From the NCBI GenBank assembly GCA_964106915.2, contig OZ066915.1: a DNA stretch of 64,000 nt. One strand, written 5' to 3'. The position numbers were made by a program, and so were the translations under genes. Positions 36,340 to 48,696 of this stretch are shown piece by piece. Position 1 is the stretch's first letter. Each line of letters opens with the position of its first letter. The notes under the pieces are model-generated. The model was not told the origin of the DNA and made no database searches. It was given only the letters and a program-made list of their open reading frames with translations. The DNA is from Podarcis gaigeae. Lineage: Eukaryota.

Positions 36340-38233
36340 GTATACTTGGACATCAGTATAGCCAAGAATACCCACATTAACCATAAGGGCCAAGGCTTAA
36401 TTGCGACACGTGGGAGGGGTGGACCCTCATGTCTTGGCTATGTGCAATTTTTGGGGGGCTGTGAAAATAATTACCTAAACTATGAGCTGCCAAATATGCA
36501 AGCTGCTGGGTTATGAACTGTGAGGATAAGGAGTTATGAGCTGGACAGCTCATGCGATAGTTTTTCTTTCCATCTAGTTCCGTTAGTTGCATATTATGTT
36601 GAATGACATCATAAAACTCTTTATGAAGGTCTTTTATTTTGGAGATGGCTGTGCTTAAGACTTTATGTTAAAGCCATTAATACAGGCACAAATTTAGATC
36701 AGTGTCTGACTTAGAAGTGGAGTGCAGTGCTTCGATTGTTTTAGGGAGCAATACACAAGGCACTGCCTTTTTGTAACCACTGTATATTTCATTGGGGGAA
36801 TGAATTATCCCTACACTTCAAATCTGTTTTAAGCATAATTAACACTGTTGGGGGGTGCCTAATAGGGTGAGAGTTATTGCAGTATAGGCTTTCATTTGAA
36901 AACAGGGTTTAAGTAGATGGACAACCATGGGTGAGTTTCTTTAGCTGAATGGGTCTCTGCCATGGGTATCTATTTTGTATTGTTCATGGTTGGTTTTGGT
37001 TGTTAAAATATATATGTTGTTTTTAAATGCTTTTTGCTATTTTTATTGTGCATTGCCTTGAAACATTTGTGTAGAAGGCAGTTAGTTGATAATAAATAAA
37101 TAAATAGATCCCTCTAGGTAATTAGTTATAAGAACAAAATAATGCCTCATTTTAAACAATAATTTACATTACTTTCTTTGGGATAGCAAACCCTAAAATA
37201 CTATTTTCAAATTCTGTTAATTTGGAAATACAGTTCTTAGTAAGCTGCAAGCAATGTCCCAATATCTCTTTAGCACCTCTGTTGCTTGCATGCACATGAA
37301 AGTATCTGGGAGGCTTGTGACTGGGTCAGAGATCATTTGCTTTTGGGAAAATAAATCCTGACACATGTTGAAATCCAGAGGATAGTTTGAGAGGGATTTA
37401 AGGAAAATAGTAAATGAATGGAAGTGGGTAGATCACATATATTTTATTTATTCAGATACTGTGTTATAGAGAAACACTAAATTTTCTTCCTTTAAATAGC
37501 TTTAATTATGAGTTTGTTTTAAAATTAGACTGACTTTAAGAATTCTCTATCTGCTGTTGTTAGCATGAGCAGTACAGTAGTTAGATTTGTGTAATATTAG
37601 CCAGTATGTAAGTCACCTGATCTGAATTTTGAAATGGAAGGAGGCTTTGAAATGGCTGCAGCAATTGCTTTCTGTTAATGTGTTCTGTGCATACTGTCTG
37701 CATCCTCGTCTCTATGGCTATTACATAACTGCTTTCTAGAAGCCCTGCCGAAGTTAGTCGGAGGTCAAGCTCAGATAATGTGCACAGATGTGGCATAAGC
37801 ATGTGATGTGAGCAGGCATGACTAGACCGTGTGATATTCTTTTCTCTTTCTCCCAGCATTTTGCAAAGCAGCTTGCAGAGCAGACTGCTCAGCACTCTGA
37901 TGCAGACTCTGCACGCTAGCTGTGGGAGAATGCCTGAAGCTAGGATCTGGTAGCTGTTTAGGTTCAGTGATTTCGCTCCTTTGAGTGGCTTGCTGCAAAT
38001 CTTTATTTGTAATCTAAAACACACAGCTTCAGTATCTGAACTGTTTTCTTCATTATTAGACATATGTTTTGACTTGTCAAGCCCTCCCTTTAAACAATAA
38101 AAACATCATCAGCTCTCTGTCTCTTAGCATTACAGAAAATACTTGTAGGCTAGACCAAAGTGTTATTACCAACTTATCTGAAATCACTGTATGATGTGGT
38201 GTTTTAATACTTGCTTTTCCCTCTGACCTGCAG

Positions 38234-38323
38234 ATGAGATCACCGCTAGCTTTCGCCGCTTTGGCCCTTTGATTGTGGATTGGCCTCACAAGGCTGAAAG
38301 CAAGTCCTATTTTCCTCCTAAAG
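38234..38323 (+). CDS. CPEB4: CPEB4 exon 6 (DEITASFRRFGPLIVDWPHKAESKSYFPPK), RRM1
   Basis: ctctgacctgcag|ATGAG ... AAAG|gtaaca; 90 nt, phase 1-1. Confidence 0.97.
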
Positions 38324-39276
38324 GTAACACTTAGTATTTTATATGTTACATTTTGTGTCCCGTCCTTCCTCAGAAGAGCGCAGGTTAACTGTGATCTGGT
38401 GACATCTTGTTTCACCTATTGAACTTCACAACTGAGCTGGGATTTGAACCTGACTCTCTTGGTTCAAGCCCAACACAATCCACTAAGGCACACAATATTT
38501 TCCTATTATGTGGGTGCAGTAAGGTTGCAGATTATGGATTCTTTTTTTTTTTTAAGTATTATTCTCTGTGCCTTTTGTTTGTTTGAAATTGTTCTTCATT
38601 GCTGCTATTGCTCTAAGACCCTGCTGTACTTTGAATACTTTAGTTGGGCTGTAGATAAGAGTGCTCTATTTAGTCATAGTTTAAGATTATTTTTATTTCT
38701 GCTCCCATTCAGTAAATTACTTGGTTTATTTAATCCAGAAACAGGGAATCTGTGGCCTTTCAAATGTTACTGGACTCCAACTGTCATTAGTCCCCCGTTA
38801 GCATAGCCAGTGGTCAGGGATAATAGAAGCTGTAGCCCAACATCTGGGAGGGGGGGTGTTCAGCTACATTTTACTCAGAGTAGATTCACTGAAATTAATC
38901 AGCTTGACTAAGTTATGGCCATTTATTTTAATAGGCCCAGTTTGAATTAAACATGGTTGAATACCATTCCTAGAGAGCCATAGGTTCTCCATCTTTGCTT
39001 TAACTTCTCTCCCCTCACCCCCTGTTCCTTGTTCTACTTAAATCTTTCACTTTGAATGACAAAAGCTTATGTGTTACAACATACACTGTATAGGGAGTTT
39101 GCCATTGAAGTTGTGGCCAAGAAATGTAGGAAGCTTTGGCTCTTGTAGCCTGCTCCCACTCTAATTAATAAAAGCAATTTGTTTAGATTAGCACTTTTCC
39201 AACTGCTTCTCCAAAAAAATCTTCATATTCCCTAAATATGAGCTAAGGATTTGTTCATCTCTATGAACAAATTGCG

Positions 39277-39640
39277 GGGATGCGGGTGGCGCTGTGGGTA
39301 AAACCTCAGTGCCTAGGACTTGCTGACCGTAAGGTCGACGGTTCGAATCCCCGTGGCGGGGTGAGCTCCCGTCGTTCGGTCCCAGCTCCTGCCCACCTAG
39401 CAGTTCGAAAGCACCCCTAAGTGCAAGTAGATAAATAGGTACCGCTTTATAGCGGGAAGGTAAACAGCATTTCCGTGTGCTGCGCTGGTGCTGGCTCGCC
39501 AGTTGCAGCTTCATCACGCTGGCCACGTGACCCGGAAGGGTCTTCGGATGGCGCTGGCTCCCGGCCTCTTGAGCGAGATGAGCGCGCAACCCTAGAGTTG
39601 GTCACGACTGGCCCGTACGGGCAGGGGTACCTTTACCGTT
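39277..39640 (+). mobile_element. Full-length Sauria SINE
   Basis: tRNA-like head gggatgcgggtggcgctgtgg...ggttcgaatcc, conserved core aagtgcaagtagataaataggtacc, and acctttacc tail; CpG-rich, so probably young. Confidence 0.92.
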
Positions 39641-39742
39641 ATGGTCTTTTTCTTGGTTATGTGGAGCCTAAGTAGATAACTTCAATGCTCTGAATCTCAC
39701 AGAAGTTTTGCAATGCTTGCCTCTGTTTCTTTATCTACATAG

Positions 39743-39861
39743 GATATGCATTTTTGCTGTTCCAAGATGAAAGCTCTGTGCAGGCTTTGATTGATGCATG
39801 TATTGAAGAGGATGGAAAACTCTATCTATGTGTTTCCAGTCCCACAATTAAAGACAAACCG
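39743..39861 (+). CDS. CPEB4: CPEB4 exon 7 (GYAFLLFQDESSVQALIDACIEEDGKLYLCVSSPTIKDKP), RRM1
   Basis: tctacatag|GATATG ... CCG|gtaagt; 119 nt, phase 1 to 0. Carries the RNP1 motif KGYAFLLF. Confidence 0.97.
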
Positions 39862-40391
39862 GTAAGTGGAATTGTCAGGTATGTGTAATTTGGAAGAAGA
39901 TGGACACAGAAATTGGGTGCATAAGTGCTACATTTTCACAAGCATAGGTTGACAATACATGCTTTCTTTCTACGTGAGCACATACTACCATTATTTTTCA
40001 ATAAATGTGCACTATTCTTTGGGTTAGGGTCAAGATAATTATTCCAGAATATAGAACAGTAGACATTAGGCCAAACCTGGCTAGTCTTTACTAACCTGAT
40101 TTGGGGCCAAATCCCACATTTTTCATATCTGATCTCCAGCATAGCCCCATCCCCAAAGAGACCCTCCTATTCTATGACCCACTTAATATATTTTCTCACA
40201 AGCGGAGATTTAACTCCCACTTCAGTATGAATCCAAACATGTCTTCAAATAGACTTCAATGGGCCTTGCTATAACTATCAACCAGCTGACTGGAGGTTAC
40301 AGCAAGATGCTTTACAGTTGCCTGGATGTGGCTCTTTATGTGTTCTAGGGAAACGCTGAGGACTAGCCCATTTGTCACAAGTAATGCACTC

Positions 40392-40450
<59 letters not shown>
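40392..40450. repeat. Compound (GT)n(GC)n(AC)n microsatellite, self-complementary
   Basis: Read directly from the sequence. Confidence 0.95.
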
Positions 40451-40453
<3 letters not shown>

Positions 40454-40858
40454 CACCCCCTCCCCTCAGTCCTTCACTTCTGAATAATTTAATGTGTGGA
40501 CAGAGGTTTGTTGTGATGACTGAGCCATATCTGAGTAAAGGACATGGTGGTTCATCTTTCTTAGACAGACCTGTGGACTGTGCAAGCTGCTTCCTTGAGG
40601 AGTGCCCTTTCTCCACCCTGGTAGCCTATTTTGCTCCTGCTTCAGAAATTCCATATGTGAAACCTGGCTTTGTTATTGCTTGACTAGATAAGAATGATTG
40701 CTAGGAAAGTAGCCTCTAAAATCCCATGGATGTGACATGCAGGAAACACTGTTGTTGTAACATCTTAATGATGTGCATGCTGCAGGGCAGGGTGGTGGTG
40801 GGATAATTCGACTGTCAACTTGAATTGTGAGTGGTAAAGTCTCATCTTCTGCTTGTAG

Positions 40859-40973
40859 GTTCAAATCCGGCCTTGGAATCTTAGCGATAGTGACTTTGTG
40901 ATGGATGGCTCACAGCCTCTAGATCCGCGGAAAACCATTTTTGTAGGAGGAGTTCCACGACCCTTACGGGCAG
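40859..40973 (+). CDS. CPEB4: CPEB4 exon 8 (VQIRPWNLSDSDFVMDGSQPLDPRKTIFVGGVPRPLRA)
   Basis: ttctgcttgtag|GTTCAA ... GCAG|gtatgg; 115 nt, phase 0 to 1. Start of RRM2. Confidence 0.97.
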
Positions 40974-41222
40974 GTATGGTATGCAAAAACAAGTGCAGTG
41001 GCTCGTTGATTCTATCCAAGCTGCCTTACTGCTGTGAGAGAACATTGTGTCCTTATTTCTATTGTAGAAGTATGCCAGTGCTTGCTAAATTTAACTTTTG
41101 CTGACACTCCAATTATTTCCAGATAGAAGAGTACAAATAAACATGCTTTTGCCCAGGGTCTAGAAAGAGAAGTTATGTATATAAAATATCTGGGTAAATC
41201 GTTTGTTACTACTTTATTTTAG

Positions 41223-41404
41223 TGGAGCTTGCAATGATAATGGACCGGCTGTATGGAGGAGTTTGCTATGCTGGAATTGACACAGATCCTGAGCTGAAGT
41301 ACCCAAAAGGAGCTGGGCGTGTTGCATTTTCTAATCAACAGAGTTACATAGCTGCTATCAGTGCCCGCTTTGTTCAGCTGCAACATGGAGAGATAGATAA
41401 ACGG
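41223..41404 (+). CDS. CPEB4: CPEB4 exon 9 (VELAMIMDRLYGGVCYAGIDTDPELKYPKGAGRVAFSNQQSYIAAISARFVQLQHGEIDKR), RRM2
   Basis: actttattttag|TGGAG ... CGG|gtaagg; 182 nt, phase 1 to 0. 'HGEIDKR' is the CPEB4-type variant. Confidence 0.97.
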
Positions 41405-42059
41405 GTAAGGGCTAGAGCACATTCTGTGTATTACTCAGCATTATTTCATGGGTTTATTTCCATATAAGTGCCTGTGTGTGGCAGGAGAAAATGTTGTATT
41501 AAATGGAAAATACTCTTCCCTGTATTCCTAGCATACATAAAAAAGCCATACCAGACACAAAAAAGCTATACCACAAAGCCCCTCCATCATCCCAGAGAAA
41601 CGGAGGTGGGGGGATCTAGTTTAACATTGGCTTTTTAATGCCTTCTGGCACCTTCTAAAACTGTTGTTCCCTTCAGAGAAATTTCCTGTAGCACAGCATA
41701 AGCCTGTGTTCCTAATGTTATCCTGTTACCTCTGCATGACTTGCTTTGCTGTTGGCCTCTTTTTCACCCCTGCCTATGTGCTGGAAGTAGAATGGTCAAT
41801 TGGTTTATGACAGTAGAATGCAAACTGCTGCACTATTTGCATTCATTTCTACAGAATTTGTGTGAGTCTCTCCGAGTCCTGTTTTAATTCAGTGCCGGTT
41901 ACACAGCAACAATATGCAAGCATCATTTTATGTTGATGTTAGTGCTGGCTTCTTAATAACATATGTTCACAGCACATGCCAACAAAAGCAAAAATAGCTT
42001 TGCCACAAATGTCCATATTTCCCTGTATGTAGCTCACTGTCATCCTTCCTTCATTCGCC

Positions 42060-42295
42060 AAACCTTTATTAGGCATTACAAATATAGGCCATCATAAAAC
42101 ATCCACATATAAAATTTTAAAATATATACAAATAAACAGCCATGTAAAAATATGTAATAATGAGAATTTTTGTTGGAGTTTCTTCCTGCTAAATAGTGCT
42201 ATTCACCACCCTGAGAGATACTATTGATAAAAACTCAGCCACCCTTGCAGTTACTTCCGGGTTAATGTCGGACACATATTTTCTGATATTTTCAT
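42060..42295 (-). mobile_element. Non-LTR retrotransposon 3' end (RTE-X-like, tentative)
   Basis: The minus strand reads ...YVSDINPEVTARVAEFL..., then an AT-rich UTR, 'ggcctat...aataaaggtt' and a short simple-repeat tail. Confidence 0.4.
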
Positions 42296-44450
42296 TGTGC
42301 TGTGTCATTCACATGGTGAGGAAGAAAGAGTTAGGATTAAGGAACAGGCAGTATTTTGTTGTGGTGTAAGATCTTGTGAGCCAGCTCTGTCACTGTTTGT
42401 ATTGTTTTAGCCATTTCACATGTTTTTTTCCGGGGTTTTGTGACTCAGCAATTTGAAAACCATGATTTACTTGATTGGATTTTTAGGGAGAAAAAGCAAA
42501 TTGTGCATATTGATTTGTGGTGGCTGGTCCTTCTCCGAGTTTAGAAGAGCTGTCATGTTTCAATTTCTCATACACAGTAATGGCATACAGGTTAGATTTA
42601 CTGTTGCTAGCAAAAGGTACCTGAAATCTGAGCAGGAAATGAAAACATTCCTGTTCATGTCCTCCAGCAGATTTAGGCATATGCAGATCCTTTCTAGACT
42701 GAGTCCCCTTTGCAGAAAAGCCGTCCCCCTTGCTGGATTTCCATGTCCAGAATCTGCATCTGTGTGTGCACTTCCCCCTTGGGGAATGGAGCCACAGATG
42801 CAAGTCAAACTCACCACTTTTGCACAATCAGATCCCAGTTTAATAAACTAGGATATGTCCTTTGCTGTCACTTTGTTCTACTCTTCACATGAGTGGCAAA
42901 AACAGACCATGGTTTCCTGTTATATGTGAAGCAGGGACTATGACTAATGACTTCCAAACAAGCCAGATTTGCAAGACAGCTTCCGATGCAGCCACTGTCA
43001 GTTTTAACAGCACCAGTCATCTAAGAGGAGTGTCCCCCCCCCCCGAGGGAGGAAATCTAAATTTAGACCCCTTCAGTAGGGCATTCAGTAGGGGCTAGCA
43101 CAGTTTGTGATAGCAGTGACACCCATTTGTTTGGCAAATCCAGACAATCAGTGTGTACTGTAGTCAGTGAAGATATCTGGATCATGTTGTGCCTCTCTTT
43201 TTGTGTGAAAATCTAGACTTTGACATTTGTAAGCATTTAATGCTCTCTCAATCTCTCTCTCACACACGTTTTTATAAAACTCAATTTAAAGCAAATATCA
43301 CTACAGCCTCTGAAATATATTTCTGTCTAAAACATATTCAATGAAATAAGGAGTTGTTTATTCACACTTCTTAACATTGGTTAGGAAACAGTGCTGTTCA
43401 ACATTCAAATATTTTTAAAATCCTTGAAACGGTGCAAAAAGACAAGATGACACAAGATTCATGATTGGACTGACCCCCTTTTTAATAGTAAATTTAGTTG
43501 GTGGAAGGAACTGAATCAGGCAGTGGAGGGAACATTGGGTTTTTTAAGCATCTCTTCCCCTCCCTATTTGCATGAGTGGACTGGCGGACATTCGTTAACT
43601 AGAGGAATTATCCTGTTAACCGAATGTCTGCCAGTCCACTCTTCAAACAGAAATTCATGGTAAGACCAATTTCCTTCCTTTTCCCACTTCAGATTGTCCC
43701 CCTAATACTACCATCAGCCTGACATATGTTACTGTATGTTTTGCTCTGCATGGCAAATAATCCAAATTGCTCCCCCCCACTCCACCCCATAGCTATTAAG
43801 AAAGTGGGGGTGGGGGGAGAATTAAAGCCTTTTTTCCCCTGTGCTGTATTTCAGATCCAAATCAGGCCTTTTAAAATAAAACCAACAACCCTGAAGAGAT
43901 CCAATCACAGATATCCCTTCTTGTGTTGTTTCCATGGTCTCTTCCCAGTAGTGAGGCTTAAGCAAATATTAAATGGTTTTATTTCAGCAAAACTCCTCAA
44001 TCACTTGTTCTTATGGGGCACCTCAGTAACTTTAATTTAAAAATACTTTCACATGTTCAAAATTGACTTGACATGCTGCCAGTTAGGAACAAATACTTTT
44101 TTAACCAGCAACACAGAACTCCCCCAATATGATACTTCGATCAAACATTTCAGCACAATCAAAATCCCCTTTCCTTTCTCCCTTGCCAAATTATTGCCTT
44201 ACACATCACTTACATGATGGTGTGTCTTGTATAAAATGAAACAAATTCTTAACATGTGCAAGCACCCTAAAAATTACTGGGGGGGAAAACTTTCTGTAGG
44301 TTTGCATGGTGTCTCTTAGCATGCTGCCAAAGATATGGTGATAACCACTAGCCTGGATTGCTTTAAAAGAGGGTTCGGCAAATTGATAGATAACTTTAAG
44401 CATCAATTAGTAAAATATTTTTTATTATTAATATTAATAGCAGTAGCAGT

Positions 44451-44670
44451 TGTATTTTCATCCTGCTCTTCCTTCAAGGATCTCAGGGCAGCATATATGC
44501 TTCCTCTCTCACACCCTCAATTTTATCCTCACAGCATCCCTGTGAGCTAGGTTAGACTCAAAGAAGATGACTTGTGCACAATTACTCAGTAAGCTTTATG
44601 CCTCAGTGGAAATTAGAAACCATCTCTCTGAGGATCTAGTCTAGAACTCTGACCACTGTGTCACATTCCA
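44451..44670 (-). mobile_element. MIR-like ancient SINE fragment within a decayed CR1 3' end (about 44310-44905)
   Basis: 'ttttatcctcacagcatccctgtgagctaggttag...tctagtcta...ctctgaccact'; a similar fragment lies at about 35285-35380. Confidence 0.5.
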
Positions 44671-45016
44671 CATTCAGAGACCTACAGGTATAGGACAGTA
44701 TACAAATTTTAATAATAGTAATAAAATAACCTTCATAATTAATAAACAACTTATGAAAACCAAATTACTGGTGGACATATAACAAGGGAAAGCTATAGCT
44801 TTCCTGTCCTGTTTGTAGGTTTCTTGGAGGTATCTGGTTATCCATTGCTAGCAACAGGATGCCCGGCTAGTTGGATCCTTGCTCTGCTCCAGTTGAGGTT
44901 TTCTTAAGGCACAGTGGAATATTCATTGAGGCATCTGCATTAACAGTTAGATTGCAGTAATCTACACAGAAGACACTCTAGCAGTGTAAACTTTCTCTCT
45001 CCTTCTTTTAACACAG

Positions 45017-45244
45017 GTGGAAGTTAAGCCATATGTCTTGGATGATCAGCTGTGTGATGAATGTCAGGGGGCCCGTTGTGGTGGAAAATTCGCTCCATTT
45101 TTCTGTGCTAACGTTACCTGTCTGCAGTATTACTGTGAATATTGCTGGGCTGCTATCCATTCACGTGCCGGCAGGGAATTCCACAAGCCCCTGGTGAAAG
45201 AGGGAGGAGATCGCCCGAGACATATTTCATTCCGCTGGAATTAA
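45017..45244 (+). CDS. CPEB4: CPEB4 last coding exon (VEVKPYVLDDQLCDECQGARCGGKFAPFFCANVTCLQYYCEYCWAAIHSRAGREFHKPLVKEGGDRPRHISFRWN*), ZZ zinc-binding domain
   Basis: Pyrimidine tract plus acacag|GTGGAA; 228 nt ending in TAA. Cys/His pattern of the CPEB ZZ domain; the C-terminus RPRHISFRWN is typical of CPEB4. Confidence 0.98.
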   Translation: MEVKPYVLDDQLCDECQGARCGGKFAPFFCANVTCLQYYCEYCWAAIHSRAGREFHKPLVKEGGDRPRHISFRWN

Positions 45245-47365
45245 GTGATTCCTGCAGCGTGTTCATATGCAGGCCTCAAAATAAGTGCACTCTTCTGTTA
45301 TCCTGATTCCCATGCCCTCCCTTCCTCTTCTCTCTTATTCAAGATAGCATGTCCTACTGTTGTAGTCTGTAACTTAACAATAGTGTAACAAAAGAATGAC
45401 CTATAATCATATAGGTATTTTGTAGAATCTTGTCATTAAACTGTATTGGGAACTGCTATTCATATGGATAACACAGTGCATGGAAATCAGGTTCTCTTAC
45501 CTTTAGTTACCCGGGGGGACACTGCTTTCCTGCTATCTTTTCTTGAAGGAAGAGAGAACAATATTAAGAGAAGAGAAATGAAACAATAGAGTATTTTGTT
45601 TTTTAATTAAATTATTGCTAATAACAAAATCAATAGAATACTTTTATGAAAAGTAATCATGAGATAGGAACACTATGAATCTATTCTGACACTTTGTCCA
45701 ACCCACCCTTCCTTCTCCCCTTCCCTGCCCAAACCTCTGGGAAGCCTGTTTTCTTGCCGCCTATGATTTTATAGCAATGGAAACAGTTAGCCGTTAACCT
45801 AGTAACAGGAAAGAGCATGTTTAAAGCAACAAAAATGCATGAGCAAGGTTTAAAGCAGCATTAAGTTAAATGTTTTATTTAAGGGTTCCGAAGCTATTTT
45901 TTTAGCACAGTACGTGTTTCTCACCGTGCCTCCGACTTCCTACCACATTCAAACTTTTACTAATTGAGTAGGCAGAGCTTAGATCTGTGTTCTTCATCCA
46001 AGCAATCACATTTTAAAAGTTCCTGAATGTAAATCCTGGGTCAATTTACTACTGGGGGTGGGTGGGGAGTGCACTTATTCTTTGTTGTTGTTGTTGTTGT
46101 TGTTTGTTATATTATTATTATTATTATTTTTAAAGAAGAAACTTCATTATCAGAATACAGCCCTAGAAATCCTACCAAAGCTAAAGTAATGACAACTAGT
46201 GAACTGGCATGTCCTCTCCTGAAGAACAAATGTATAGATTTTATTTTTGATGGTTATATAGAACTCTATATCCTAATTTACTAATGTTAATCAGGGGCCA
46301 GCCTTTGCTCTCCATTTTGACGTGAAATACAAGAACCTAAAGATATACCTCAAGATTATGATTTTGATTCCCACCTCCCCTGCCCGCCTCTAAGACACTA
46401 GTAATTCATTCTAACCACACAGATCAAAATTTGGCTACTTACTGGGCTTACTCTGGGAAGTAAATGTGTTTTAATCTCCGAATGAAATTGGATCATCAAA
46501 AGCATAAGAGGGACAAAGTGAAGTTTGTTTCCAGGGATGTTATGCACTGTTGGTTGAATGAATATGCATTGCATATTGGCAAAGAAGAATATGCTTGTCT
46601 TTCAGCAGAGAGCAAGTAAGAAAATCTCAATAAATAATTCTTTTTGGAACTTAGCACAGAAAATAAAGAATTCCAGGGCTCTAATGTACCAACTTGCTGA
46701 GAAATGCATGGGTTGTTTGAACCATATAAGTGAGAATACAGCAGATGTTAAAGCTAAAGCACAGGGTGGTGTTGGTTAGTTTGATATAGTCACTTGAGCT
46801 CTGTAAAGCTGAGAAAATTGATAGGAGTGAATGAGTTCAGTTCTTAAGAAATGATTTTGTAGCAGTGTGCAAAACAACCCAGTCCATTGGCAATCTGAAC
46901 TGGCATGGTACCACCATACACTCTTAAACCAAAGACTTGCCTTAGCACAGCTACAGACAAAAAAAAAAAGCAAATCTCTTCTGTAAGCCCTCTCCCTCCC
47001 CTTTCCTTCCCCCTCCCCAATTATCTTTGAGAAGCAGTTTTGATTTTCAACACATAAAACATACCTTGTTATTTTCCAAAGGTCAAAATGGAGACATTTG
47101 CTGTCTACTCGTCAAGTAGAGAAAGGGAGCTGCTTTTAATGAAATCCCTGCAAATATTGACAACAGTAAATGCAAATGGAGAGTGCTCTTTTGTAGACTG
47201 TCAGGGACCTTTTTCTCTGAAGTACATAATTATAGTTGGAATATTCGTTTTAATTTTTTTAAATGCTTGTAGGTGGCTTGGGGTGTCTTATTGTGCCGAT
47301 CCTACCCAGTGAACAGGTGAGATGGGTTACCATTACAAGAAATAACACTGTTTGAGAAGTAGCTT

Positions 47366-47713
47366 NNNNNNNNNNNNNNNNNNNNNNNNNNNNNNNNNNN
47401 NNNNNNNNNNNNNNNNNNNNNNNNNNNNNNNNNNNNNNNNNNNNNNNNNNNNNNNNNNNNNNNNNNNNNNNNNNNNNNNNNNNNNNNNNNNNNNNNNNNN
47501 NNNNNNNNNNNNNNNNNNNNNNNNNNNNNNNNNNNNNNNNNNNNNNNNNNNNNNNNNNNNNNNNNNNNNNNNNNNNNNNNNNNNNNNNNNNNNNNNNNNN
47601 NNNNNNNNNNNNNNNNNNNNNNNNNNNNNNNNNNNNNNNNNNNNNNNNNNNNNNNNNNNNNNNNNNNNNNNNNNNNNNNNNNNNNNNNNNNNNNNNNNNN
47701 NNNNNNNNNNNNN
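47366..47713. other. Assembly gap (N run)
   Basis: Run of N. Confidence 1.
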
Positions 47714-48696
47714 GTGCACTGGCAATGCTATTTTAGAATTTGCAGAGAAAAGAAAGCATGTTGCTTAAACATCTTTAGCCCAGCACCAGGTATTTGGTGT
47801 ACATATAATTTAAAAAAAAATACTTATATGTAAAGTTGAGACTTAAAAAGAAATTTTTAAAAAGCATGAAAGTGACAAATGAGAGAGTTTGTCTTTAGAC
47901 CCTTGAAATTTAATGCATAAGCATAGAGTAGAAGTTTAAAAGTAACATCCCAAATTGTCTACCGCTTCTTAATAGGTTTTTAAAAGTAATACACAAATGC
48001 AGATGTTTTTTGGTGAATGTTTAGCCATTTTTAATCTTAACAAATTGATGTTAGGTGTTTGCAGAGATGTGTCTGCTCTTTTAAATCATATGTAAGGAAA
48101 TAAACCCAAGCCTGCCCAGTGGTGGGCATGTAATGTTAGTATGCATGACTAATATTAAAAGAAAAATGTTATTCTACTAATATTCACTTGTGGTGATTGT
48201 GTGAAAAGCGTGTTTACAGATTATTTGGTTACACTTCAATTTACAGGGCATAAATGATTATCTATATTACTCTGTACTCTAGATAGTGCTAATATAATAT
48301 GTCCTTCTGATTACATGGGAGGGTGGAGTTGCCATGTCACTCCAAGCATAACTAACATGTAATTAGTTTTAAAATCTTAGGGTATCACTTTATTTAAAGG
48401 GGTGTAAACAAGCATGTCATTTTCTCTCACAAGCATGGCACTGGCCATGTACTTACAATGTAGTTACAGAGTAATTACATGGTTATTTTTGCAATGTAAA
48501 ATAAAGTGTTTCTGATTATTTTATATGTAAAGGAACCCCCACTGCCCCGTGCTTTTTTGGTATATAGTATCTACTTCTCCATACACAGACCTCTGCAGAA
48601 AGCAAATCTAAAACTTGCAGTGAATGACTTTAGTGTTTTATAAGGATGCTGTTGGAAAGACTTGATAATTCACCCCTTTTTTGTTTCTTGAAGAGT

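Noticed and set aside
39277-39352. tRNA gene
   Set aside because: The A/B-box-like sequence is the head of a Sauria SINE and continues directly into the SINE body.
37581-39589. Minus-strand ORFs of 112-160 aa suggesting an antisense gene
   Set aside because: They overlap CPEB4 exon 6, a SINE and intron sequence, and show no recognisable domain or splice structure.
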